DNA of 56,829 nucleotides, taken from contig NKIB01013464.1 of NCBI GenBank assembly GCA_002256025.1, forward strand, positions 1 to 56,829, in the 5' to 3' direction. Both the position numbers and the translations under genes were made by a program. The notes beneath the pieces were generated by a model. It saw nothing but the letters and a program-made list of their open reading frames with translations, was not told where the DNA came from and did no database searches. Numbering within the stretch: position 1 is the stretch's first letter; each line of letters begins with the position of its first letter. This document shows, in pieces, positions 37,345 to 47,066 of this stretch. The DNA is from Asterionella formosa (lineage: Eukaryota).

Positions 37345-38532
37345 ATGACTGCATTGGATATGACACCTGATAAAGTGGCAACGGACTCATTTGATTTTGA
37401 CATGGATGAAGATCCCGACGATTTGCCCACTCCACCACCGAGAAAGGAAAAGAGTAGCAAGAAGAAGACGAAGACGAAGCAACGAAAGGAGACTCTCACT
37501 GAGGACGACAATGATTCCGAGGACCAGAGTAAGAACCACAAGAAACGAACAGAGGACGCTGATAATGAGATAAATGTGCTTACGAAGACGGAACAAAAGG
37601 ACAAAACGAAGTGTCAGTTGATATCAACGGCGAAGAAACGTAAGCACAACGACGATCCAAAGAAATCTAGAAGGGAAGAACGACAAGCGCTTTTGGAAAA
37701 AGTTCCCAAGGCAGATGCTGACGGTATTGCATACACCAAACTTCAACTGCGACGAATGGTCAAACGAATTCAAAAAGGGCTCTGTCCCATTCCTACACCC
37801 CAAGAACAACACGAATTGCGCTTGCGAGAAGTAGAACTACAAAAGGAAGATGAAGTCGAATTGGCAGGTATGGTGTACAACAAAAGTGAAGTAACTGGAA
37901 GAAAAGAGGAAGCAGATTATCCTGATGAAGAGGAAACATGTGACGACATTGAACAAGTCGAAGTGGATGACGAGCAAGATGAGCCAGACCCGTTTGTCCC
38001 ATCCAAAACAAATCCTCAACCACCCTCGAAGAAAACAAAACGATCCAAACCAGTACCTCCAGACTATACTTGCATGGCATGCTCTATCCATGCTGACCAT
38101 TGGATATACGATTGCCCCAACAAGGTAACCAAGCGTGGGACCAACCTCGTTGCCAAAAAATTACGAGGCATCCACGCTCCAGATGCGAGAAAGGTATTTG
38201 TGTCGGGACTGCCCTTTGAAATGAAGCAACGTGATGTTGAGAGCTTGTTTGCAGCATGTGGCAAAATAGCACACTGCAAGTTGGTGACCTTTGCTGATAC
38301 TGGCCGATGCAAAGGACAAGCATTCATTTCCTTTGACACAGACGAAGGGGCCAAGTTGGCATTGAAACTCAATGGCCAAGCACTTGCAAATGAAACGGCT
38401 CCTAAGAAAAAGGGGAAAAAGGAAGCCCCTAGCACTGGTGCTACCGAGGAACATCGAAAAGAATTGAAGCTCAAGGTGACCAAGGTGCTGAATCGCGTTC
38501 AGACCAAGGGAAATTCTAGTGCTTGCAAGTAA
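37345..38532 (+). CDS. Zinc-knuckle + RRM RNA-binding protein, likely nucleolar
   Basis: CMACSIHADHWIYDC (CCHC-like). RRM with RNP2 VFVSGL and RNP1 KGQAFISF. K/E/D-rich N-terminus. Confidence 0.85.
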   Translation: MTALDMTPDKVATDSFDFDMDEDPDDLPTPPPRKEKSSKKKTKTKQRKETLTEDDNDSEDQSKNHKKRTEDADNEINVLTKTEQKDKTKCQLISTAKKRKHNDDPKKSRREERQALLEKVPKADADGIAYTKLQLRRMVKRIQKGLCPIPTPQEQHELRLREVELQKEDEVELAGMVYNKSEVTGRKEEADYPDEEETCDDIEQVEVDDEQDEPDPFVPSKTNPQPPSKKTKRSKPVPPDYTCMACSIHADHWIYDCPNKVTKRGTNLVAKKLRGIHAPDARKVFVSGLPFEMKQRDVESLFAACGKIAHCKLVTFADTGRCKGQAFISFDTDEGAKLALKLNGQALANETAPKKKGKKEAPSTGATEEHRKELKLKVTKVLNRVQTKGNSSACK

Positions 38533-38759
38533 ACAACTAATTGGATACATGTACATGTTTTTTTCTGTACAAATCCAGGCCACGTCCTGCCTTGACTTAG
38601 CTTATAGAAATAATGTGATCTTCCAAACAATGGAGTTGATGAGCTGATTTGCATATTAGCGTCATGTGATACACCGACAATCGTTTATCTTTTTTAGACT
38701 GCTACCTAGCTAATACTTCTAGACTGTAAATTAAGTCAAGTCTACAACACATTTTTAAA

Positions 38760-39440
38760 ACTATTTTTAACTTTAATGGAAATGGAAGTCCTTTCTTTAT
38801 CCAAACCAATGGTCGTGTCATCGACGAAAGCATCCCCATATCTTGATGACTCTATAGTAATGGTGGGATTGTTGAAATCCATCGCTTTTGGTGCATGAGT
38901 GCCATATGCAATGAGAATAACAAGACATAATGAAAGCCACACCGAGGGTGACGCTCCACTGCCTGGTCCAGTGCAAAAGAAATGATTCAATTTGTTCAGG
39001 AGGAAAAGGATGATGGAAGTTGGACATGACAACAGTTTCTAGAATCTTGATGTCATTGAAGCATCCTAAACATTGATGACCCTTGGACAATGGAATTGAA
39101 GGTTTGGATAAAATATACAAAATTTCTTTGGCAAATCAACAACCAATAAAGATAAGCATACACCAGTCTTTGAAGCCAGTTCAGATGCCATGAACTCTTT
39201 CAAGGGATTCTGGTGAGCATTTGAAGAGTTCGATGCATTCTCGATATCACTGTATAGGCACTGAGCGTTCGATGTCTTCTCTATATCAACGTATAAATAG
39301 TGTAGAAAACATGCATCAAAGCATGACGTCATTTTCTGTTTTGGGTCATTACTTTGACCTAAGGATCGACGCACTTTTCTAATCTTCTGGACCGTACTAT
39401 GTAAAAAGGTGGCAAGGAATTTCCCGAATATCCAATACGA
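38760..39440 (-). mobile_element. Decayed non-LTR retrotransposon reverse-transcriptase fragment
   Basis: Minus-strand peptides END..SCFD (frameshifted, ~39315-39335), TGPGSGASPSVW and AFVDDT occur in RT motif order. Broken by stops and frameshifts. Confidence 0.7.
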
Positions 39441-39863
39441 TTGCACCACAACATTTTATTTCTTCAACAATCTTCCTCTATCTTTGTATTTCGGGCACTA
39501 TAAATGTAAATATATTGCCCTATGTATGCATTACCGCCCCTGCCTTTTTGTGAAGTCGTCAGTGTATTGTTTTATTTATGCATGTAGATAAATCAATATT
39601 TACATAGCTTATTTATTATTATCGCTCGTCAGAGGCTGTTTCATACGATTGATTGACTGTTCTTTCGCCCTCCTTCGAAAGATCGTCATGGTAAGCGAGG
39701 GACAATGATATAAAAATTTACAATTTTGTCTTCTAATAATATCATTACTCCGGAGTATCAGCCATAGTTTCAAAAAGAGTTAATATTTATAGCGGTATTA
39801 ACCCATTGAAGCCCTCATATTCGTGCTTCATCAGTCCATCTCTACAGCAAAACAGGAGGAAAG

Positions 39864-42800
39864 ATGGAGGAAACCGATCAGAAGGCTGCTTTGTCTGGGC
39901 CCCAACGGAAAATTTCTGTCTTGCAAGTGGAGGGCCCTGATAAGGTCGTTACAACCAGCTCCATCGAACCATCTGGCGCAATGAATCGTCGCCATATTGG
40001 AGAAAGGGCGCCTGAAGTTGTACAGGTCTCAATCTCAACTCCATCCATACGTGTTGATTCCGCATCTCTAGGTCCCCCTAGACCTAAGCGCAATTTTTCT
40101 ATACTGCCTGCAGAAGGTCCGAACGAGATAGTTATATCTAACCAATCTGCGCCTCATTATTCATCTGCCTCTAAATCGAGTAACTCCACTGGCGTTACGA
40201 ATCGTCGCCTCACAGAGGTAACGACACCTGGAGCTGGCCAGGCCTGTGCGCCAGCCAAAAGTGCAGATTCCCCGTGTCCACTTCCCTCTCGACCTTTGCG
40301 CAATTTTTCAATACTGCCTGCAGAAGGTCCGAACGAGGTGGTTATATCTAACCAATCTGTGCCTCATTTTTCATCTGCCTCTAAATCGATTAATTCCACT
40401 GGCGTTACAAATCGTCGCCTCACAGGGGTAACGACACCTGGAATTGACCAGGCCTGTGCGCCAGCCAGAAGTGCAGATTCCCCGTGTCCACTTCCCTCTC
40501 GACCTTTGCGCAATTTTTCAATACTGCCTGCAGAAGGTCCGAACGAGGTGGTTATATCTAACCAATCTGCGCCTCATATTTCATCTGCCTCTAAATCAAT
40601 CACACCACCAAGTGCTTCAAGCATCTCTCGTATGATTTCCCCCAAGTCTGCCAAGGACAATGAGATGAACGTTGGTACTTTGGTTCCTGGAGCAGTATCG
40701 ACGGGAAAATTTGGAAGTTTAGCTAAAGTGGTGAATGATACTGACGAGCCCCATCCAGATCCACCGTCAGATGCTGTGTGCATGACCTTGCCTTTGTCCC
40801 GTAGAAATGCCAAAAGTAGTCAAGTAACTGTTGGTGGTGTGCCAGTTGGCGCCATGGAAGTGTTAGAAGGCGACGTTTCGCGTAAAATCAATTCTAACAA
40901 GTCCCTCGCAACTGCAAGTGATATTTCCATGACCTTGCCTTCATCCCGTCGAAATGACAAGAGCAGTCAAATCATTGTTGGTGCTGTGCCAGTGGGCGCT
41001 ATGAAAGTGCTAGAAGGCGACGTTTCGAGTAAAATCAATTCTAACGAGTCCCTCGCAACTGTTAGTGCTATTTCCATGACCTTGCCTTCATCCCGTCGAA
41101 ACGCCACGAGCAGTCAAATCACTGTTGGTGCTATGCCAGTTGGCGCCATAGAGGCCATAGAAGGCGACATTTCGCAAAAAATCAAGCAAGAAAATTCCAA
41201 TCACAAGGACAGAAATGAAGCACTCCCAAAAAGTGGAAACTCGTCTAACGAAAACTCAGACACGGTACCATTCACAGCAAGCTATTTCCTTCAAGTCGAC
41301 ACCTCTCCCAAGAACCTCAAGCAAGGACCAAATGGTAGTTTACAAAGTGGTACTAACAACTTACCTTCTAAAAGTGGCGGAATGTCTTCATGGAATGGAA
41401 TCGCAGTCAACCCTCCAGGAAGTTTCGACGACTTTGATGCCGTAAATGGTGAAGCACAAGTTCCTGAGCTCAACACTCGTGATATGGAAAACCAAAACGT
41501 TGCGTTGATTGAAAACCTGGAATCCAACACAAGCGCTTACCCTTTTCCTATGCGTACCTACTCGCTTCGAAACAATGGTCCATTGAACGCTGCTGTTATG
41601 CCTAGGGAGGTGTTTGAAGAAACACAAGCGGAAACAGAAAGGAAGGAGAGAGTCGCGGACGAGCACCGCAGCGCAACTTTTTACAAGTGCGTAATTTTCG
41701 GCATGGCTCTCCTTGCGATTGCAGCTATTGTGGGTATAACAGTTGGCGTGCTGAGTAGGCGCGATCCAGCTTCAAATCCTCCTCCTACTATGCCCACAGA
41801 GGTAACGGCTTCCCCGGCTCCTTCTTTTAGCCTGGACTTTTGTGAGACTAACCAGGAGTTAGGATTGCAGTCAGATCGTTATCAAGCCATTCGTGACATT
41901 GTCTCGCAAGGTGATGAGCAGCTTTTACGGTCCATTGATTCTGCGAATAGTGATCAGCGAAAAGCTCTTTGTTGGTTGGCCTACTTTGATGCAATGAAAC
42001 TGAGTGCCGATCCTGATGACACTGTGGCGTTGATTCAGAGATACTCTGTGGCAGTTATATATTATTCCCTTGTTGATGGAACTTCCTCCACACTGAATTT
42101 GAAACCTGAGTCCGGCTGGTTGGGCAAGGACCATGAGTGCTCGTGGAAAATTATATCATGTGTAACTGGTGATAATACAACTGTCAATTTTCTGGATGCA
42201 AACGAAGAAAATTTGGATGGATATCCTTTGTTTATCGGTTCGATTCCAGCAGAAATTGCTGGTTTGACAAACTTGATTGGTATAAATTGGGGACACCAAG
42301 GATTGACTGGGTCAATTCCTTCTTCACTATACACAATTTCCTCTTTGGAACATATCATTCTCAATAATAATGGTTTGACCGGAAGTATTCCAAATGCCAT
42401 TGCTGCAAGCACCAAAATTCAAGACTTCCAGCTGGATTCTAACAAATTGACTGGATCATTGCCTAATGGTTTCTTCGCTTCACTTCCTTATACCCGAAAC
42501 ATTTATCTGGGAAACAACTCATTGACAGGAACCCTCGATACATCGATCGGATTGCTGCGTGAATTGGGAATACTACAGTTTGAAAACAACCAGATTACCG
42601 GATTTCTGCCTTCCGAGATTGGCCTATGTAGCAATCTTGGTCTGATCTTATTGGGTAATAATAGCCTGAATGGAACTATCCCAACTGAATTTGGTTCTCT
42701 CATTGATTTGATTGAACTGAGTGTTAATAACAATCAGTTAACAGGAGTCATTCCCAGTGAGCTCGGCCAATTCATAAATGCATCAACCCTCTTGTTTGAT

Positions 42801-42938
42801 TCCAACAAATTGACCGGAACAATGCCCAGTGAAATTTGCAATCTTCGGAGTCCTGCAAATTTGTTGGTAAATTTGACTGTCACATGTCAGGATGTGAATT
42901 GTTCCTGTTGTACCACGTGTGGTCCTGGATTGTCATAG
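39864..42938 (+). CDS. LRR receptor-like membrane protein (N-terminal repeats, single TM, C-terminal LRRs)
   Basis: 1024 aa with no signal peptide. TM segment VIFGMALLAIAAIVGITVGVL, diatom-type pre-LRR cap (QRKALCWL, LIQRYSVAVIYYS, HECSW), about 9 plant-specific-type LRRs (LxxNxLTGxIP), and a CSCCTTC terminus. No kinase domain. Confidence 0.88.
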   Translation: MEETDQKAALSGPQRKISVLQVEGPDKVVTTSSIEPSGAMNRRHIGERAPEVVQVSISTPSIRVDSASLGPPRPKRNFSILPAEGPNEIVISNQSAPHYSSASKSSNSTGVTNRRLTEVTTPGAGQACAPAKSADSPCPLPSRPLRNFSILPAEGPNEVVISNQSVPHFSSASKSINSTGVTNRRLTGVTTPGIDQACAPARSADSPCPLPSRPLRNFSILPAEGPNEVVISNQSAPHISSASKSITPPSASSISRMISPKSAKDNEMNVGTLVPGAVSTGKFGSLAKVVNDTDEPHPDPPSDAVCMTLPLSRRNAKSSQVTVGGVPVGAMEVLEGDVSRKINSNKSLATASDISMTLPSSRRNDKSSQIIVGAVPVGAMKVLEGDVSSKINSNESLATVSAISMTLPSSRRNATSSQITVGAMPVGAIEAIEGDISQKIKQENSNHKDRNEALPKSGNSSNENSDTVPFTASYFLQVDTSPKNLKQGPNGSLQSGTNNLPSKSGGMSSWNGIAVNPPGSFDDFDAVNGEAQVPELNTRDMENQNVALIENLESNTSAYPFPMRTYSLRNNGPLNAAVMPREVFEETQAETERKERVADEHRSATFYKCVIFGMALLAIAAIVGITVGVLSRRDPASNPPPTMPTEVTASPAPSFSLDFCETNQELGLQSDRYQAIRDIVSQGDEQLLRSIDSANSDQRKALCWLAYFDAMKLSADPDDTVALIQRYSVAVIYYSLVDGTSSTLNLKPESGWLGKDHECSWKIISCVTGDNTTVNFLDANEENLDGYPLFIGSIPAEIAGLTNLIGINWGHQGLTGSIPSSLYTISSLEHIILNNNGLTGSIPNAIAASTKIQDFQLDSNKLTGSLPNGFFASLPYTRNIYLGNNSLTGTLDTSIGLLRELGILQFENNQITGFLPSEIGLCSNLGLILLGNNSLNGTIPTEFGSLIDLIELSVNNNQLTGVIPSELGQFINASTLLFDSNKLTGTMPSEICNLRSPANLLVNLTVTCQDVNCSCCTTCGPGLS
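40089..41185 (+). repeat. Coding tandem repeats in the LRR gene: 210-nt (70 aa) x ~2.4 and 147-nt (49 aa) x ~2.7
   Basis: CGCAATTTTTC recurs at 40089, 40299 and 40509. CATGACCTTGCC recurs at 40781, 40928 and 41075. Confidence 0.95.
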
Positions 42939-43191
42939 AAAGGTTTCGATTATTGCAAAATCACTACGCCTAAAGGTGGCATGGCTGTGTATACTGTGGA
43001 GAGGAATTGTTGCTACATGTAAGAGGGGCCCTTTCCTGTCGTCGCGTGCCTAGAGTACCGGTAGTCAGTAACTACCAATATAAAATTACATGTATTAGGT
43101 TCCATTATAATTCCAAGGTGAAATGAGAAACCATGCAAAGTGTAATGTCCCTCACCAATATGATGCAATTGGTCGGCTCCAAATTTTCAAT

Positions 43192-43582
43192 TCAACCCCG
43201 TCCTGGTGTTATTGTAGTGATTCCATTGTCGTCGACATAGATAATGACTCGATTGTAATCGTATTGGTGGGGAGACACTCTGCTGATCCAAATATCATCA
43301 GCTTGCTTAAGAAGGTAGGCTTCGCAAAGTTCATATTGAATAAACAAGCATGAGGGCCAGGGCCCGTCCTTATTTAAACCATCCAATCTCTGTATATAAG
43401 CAATGTCAGTAATACAGTAATAGGTATTAGACAATTCTTTAAATCGAAGCGAAAACTATGGAACTTACTCGATGCGATTGGAGTTCGGCGTCCGATGCTA
43501 TTGATCCCTCCAACGGTACACGAGATGTAACAGACGTTACTATTGAGAGGAGAAAGGAAAGTAGAAAGGTGGAGTGCATCAT
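43192..43582 (-). CDS. Small secreted potato-inhibitor-I (I13)-like protein, 103 aa, 2 exons
   Basis: Exon 43582-43469 (MMHSTFLLSFLLSIVTSVTS signal peptide ...SHR), intron 43468-43390 (GTAAGT..ACTGAC..TACAG), exon 43389-43192 (RLDGLNKDGPWPSC...YDYNRVIIYVDDNGITTITPGRG*). The C-terminal domain aligns with that of the gene at 44369. Confidence 0.8.
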
Positions 43583-44368
43583 GGAATTGCTTTTTATTCG
43601 CTTGCTTCATAATCTTCGCTCAATGAACTAACGAATCAATGCTGCTGTCGCATACAGTTTGTACAATCCAGTATTCAGGAGTATTAGAGTGAGAATCGGT
43701 ATGTTTTATTTACCGCGTAAATGATGTTGGTATTGTGTACATGTAAGGTACCTGGTAAACTAGTATAAAAATGCCGGTATGCCTACCGGGTGCCGATATA
43801 TCAAATCCGACAGAAACGAAATGCTGTATACCAGTCGTAGAAATTCAAATTAGAAGATACAATAAATATCAGGAGGAATGACCCGAATTTACATTCAGGT
43901 ATGGCGCTCCCCTGCCTACATACGTCAGTTCATCAGTACCTAATACAAGGTACCTGGTATTATGAGTCGACAACATGTGGAGCAAGTTGAAGTCGCTTAG
44001 AAGTTTTAGCCCTGAGAATGCGTCATGAGCATCGCATTAGTTGTGTTAATCGACGACAAATGACACCGGCACAATTATCAATTGTAAAACTTGCCAATTG
44101 GGGGGACAATGCATACGTTTCTCTTTGTACCGGTGCCAAGTAGGATTACATGGTACCAGGTAATCGGGAACCACCAAGGTCCCAGTAAATTGATGGGTTA
44201 ATAAATTTGCTTATAGGGTGATGTGGTTTAGCGACCATCAGTAGAGGCATAGAAGGTTAGGAGCAGGGGTACTCGTAGTACCCGTACCAGATTCTCTGTC
44301 TTGCTTTCATGGTGGTTTTCAGAAAGAATATAAATGTGTTCATATTAGCAAGTATATACCGGTAATCA

Positions 44369-45274
44369 ATGACCATGAGATTCTCTGCTCGATCGGCCAC
44401 TTTTCTCTATGCAGTTATCAGTACTACTTGCATTGCTCAGATTGAGCCACTGAATGGACAACAGGAGCATGAAGTGGTACAACAACAACTGCGACGAGTC
44501 CAACTGCCAGCGCCAGGACGGAGGGACCTACGAACTCGCAACAGCCATCACAACTCGAGAACCGAAGTAGGTCAGCATCATCGACTCGGCGAATCCTCTT
44601 CAGTTGGAATCTTTTTTCAACATCATATGCAAACCTACGAGGAATCACTGCAGCAGCTTGATCCTCAACAATTTGCTCAGCACCAACAACTGATTCGCAA
44701 GCAACAATCACAAACGAATAATTATTACGAGGAAACGGTTGCAAATGATTCTGAATTATTGGCTGATGGACAGCACCAGGAACAGCACAAGGATTCAGAG
44801 CCGCTGCGGCGTGATGTGTCGCACTCCACAGAAGATAACCAACGGCAAATCCGAGACTTGATCGATTTGGGCTTTGCTCCACCTAGCAATTCACCTGTTG
44901 CTGCTCCGTCGATAACTCCAGCTCCTTTCCCAAGCACAAGCAAACCCATTAAAACACTCTCTGTCATGAACCATGGATACAATGATGCGTTTACTTTACC
45001 ATCGGCAAGTCCAGCTCCTTCCTCAAGCCCAAGCAAGCCCATTAAATCACCATCTGGAGTCATGTACTATGGAAACAATGATGCGGTTACTGGACCTTGG
45101 CCTGAATGTGTGGGATGGGAGGGCCAGGACTGCAAATTGTATATCGAGACAGTTACTCCAGACCATCCCAAAGTGGTGGTGATAGGGGGACCAGCAACAA
45201 CAATTGATTACCATCGCGTCAGAGTCTTTACAAGTGTGGAGGGACTGGTCATTAAAGTCCCTGAACGTGGGTGA
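44369..45274 (+). CDS. Secreted protein with C-terminal potato-inhibitor-I (I13)-like domain
   Basis: Signal peptide, a Q/H-rich then P/S-rich linker, then GPWPECVG...IDYHRVRVF....VIKVPERG*, matching the I13 pattern WPELVG...D...RVR...V...P..G. Confidence 0.85.
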   Translation: MTMRFSARSATFLYAVISTTCIAQIEPLNGQQEHEVVQQQLRRVQLPAPGRRDLRTRNSHHNSRTEVGQHHRLGESSSVGIFFQHHMQTYEESLQQLDPQQFAQHQQLIRKQQSQTNNYYEETVANDSELLADGQHQEQHKDSEPLRRDVSHSTEDNQRQIRDLIDLGFAPPSNSPVAAPSITPAPFPSTSKPIKTLSVMNHGYNDAFTLPSASPAPSSSPSKPIKSPSGVMYYGNNDAVTGPWPECVGWEGQDCKLYIETVTPDHPKVVVIGGPATTIDYHRVRVFTSVEGLVIKVPERG

Positions 45275-45551
45275 CGGAAACTTTGTCTCATGATTGAAAG
45301 TAAATCCAAAATGTTGATTAAGTGATTCTGCAACCATTTAAATTTTAGACGATAGTTGTTTTGTGCTTGCTTTGTGATTATTCATGCCCTGGTGTAGCAC
45401 ATGTAAAATCCTATTAGGGACAACAAAAGCACAATCTAAATGAGTACTGTAGACACCCACAGCAAAAAACTAAATATCCATGACCACATACTTATTATTC
45501 GCTTTTTATTGACGATCACAATACAAATTGTCGAGCATCAACCATCTGACT

Positions 45552-47066
45552 TTACGGGAGCTCATCAAATGATCGCTTGGGTGCAATGTCTGACACATAA
45601 CTCCTAATGTATTTATCCGAAGGGCCTTTGGACGGTGCAGCTTGTTCCCAAGCGGACTTGAGACGCCCATGAGCACCACTCCCTTTCTTGAGGTCATGTT
45701 CCCACTTTTCAAATTTTGCTTTGCGCATTTGGACTTTGCTGAGCATGACGGGGTTGCCATTCTTTTCCCCACGTTGAACGAGCAATTCACGGGCGGCCTT
45801 GAAATCAACAACTTCGTCGGAAGAAATTTCCACATTGGGGGTTGCAACCGGATCAGAAGCGCTTGCTTGTTGAGGCTGACAATCCGCAACAGAGACATTT
45901 GGTTTTGTTCGGTTTGTCACAAACTTGTGTGGTTTGGGGACAGCAACAAGCTTTTCTCGAGTCACGCGATTAGCCCCGAGCGACTTACGCCAATCTACTT
46001 GAGAATCAACAATCGGCTTTGGCTGGACTTCTTGTCCGGTGGCGACAATCGGTGCCACAGCAGCAGGCTCAGTCGCCTTCGCAGTAGCGTCTACCCGAGC
46101 TATTTTATTGGCTGGCTCAAGAGCCAACGCCTTGGGTTGGAATTCCACAAAAGGCGCAACCTTTTCGTGCAACGATACTTCTTGAATTTCAGGATTTTCT
46201 TGGCGCTCAACATTCAACGATTGTCTCTTCTGCCGCCATTTGTCCTTGGCCGACGTCTTGATGGACATCATGACAGGAGGGCACGAATTGGCCACGCTCG
46301 ACGGCCGTGGTGGGACTTTTTTGCCAAAGGCATTCTCCAACCATTTCTTCTTGTCTGTGACACTCACTTCAGTGCTTGTTTCATCGTCAAAATGGTTGTC
46401 TTCCTCGTCCCTTCGCGGAAATGCTGCCTGGAGCCATTTCTTCTTGTCAGCGACACTGACGTGCGAGGAGTCGCCTTCACCAAACGCGTTTTGCATCTTT
46501 ACAGTGGCAACGGCGACATCTTCGTCGTCTTCATCTAAAATGACATCTTCAAGATCCTTGTCAAACTTCCGACTCTTGCTAATGACGTTAATTCCCTTGC
46601 GAACATGTCCGACAACTTCCTTCCTCTTGGTGGGATCATCTGCCAACCACGAAGCCAATTTCTTGACCGATGCATATCCATCATCTGTGGCTTGCACATC
46701 TTCAAAATGCGTTTTGAACCGAACTGGCGTCATACTCGGACCCTTTCCAATGACAACATCTTGTCGTTTGGAAACTGGGACTGCAAATTTGGTTGTCCGC
46801 ACCGGTCCAGAGTCATTCAACCATCCCTTGAGTTTGCCAGTTGAAATATCTGATGGTGCAACGGCCGCTTCGGATTTGGCCTTGGGATGATGTTGAGTAC
46901 CACGGGCCAAATGGCCTTGTTGGCCTTGGATTTCTTTCAAGCTTGTTCGTTCAGGTCTAAACATCATGCGATCTGCCAACGGCCCCAAATTTTCATCATC
47001 TTGAAAGGCAAGCTTTTTTGGTGTTGGACAGGGTTGTTGAATGGGATTGGTGGGTTGAAATGTCAT
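45552..47066 (-). CDS. Hypothetical disordered protein with repeated SVxxxxxWL / VxxxxxxFE motifs
   Basis: 504-aa ORF from ATG 47066 (the track start at 47255 is not ATG). Motifs: SVKKLASWL, SVADKKKWL, SVTDKKKWL, VQMRKAKFE. Probable 5'UTR intron at 47171-47087. Confidence 0.8.
   Translation of the reverse strand: MTFQPTNPIQQPCPTPKKLAFQDDENLGPLADRMMFRPERTSLKEIQGQQGHLARGTQHHPKAKSEAAVAPSDISTGKLKGWLNDSGPVRTTKFAVPVSKRQDVVIGKGPSMTPVRFKTHFEDVQATDDGYASVKKLASWLADDPTKRKEVVGHVRKGINVISKSRKFDKDLEDVILDEDDEDVAVATVKMQNAFGEGDSSHVSVADKKKWLQAAFPRRDEEDNHFDDETSTEVSVTDKKKWLENAFGKKVPPRPSSVANSCPPVMMSIKTSAKDKWRQKRQSLNVERQENPEIQEVSLHEKVAPFVEFQPKALALEPANKIARVDATAKATEPAAVAPIVATGQEVQPKPIVDSQVDWRKSLGANRVTREKLVAVPKPHKFVTNRTKPNVSVADCQPQQASASDPVATPNVEISSDEVVDFKAARELLVQRGEKNGNPVMLSKVQMRKAKFEKWEHDLKKGSGAHGRLKSAWEQAAPSKGPSDKYIRSYVSDIAPKRSFDELP

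Noticed and set aside
45642..46890. Long plus-strand ORFs (298 and 216 aa)
   Set aside because: Antisense shadows of the 504-aa minus-strand gene, with no recognisable motifs.
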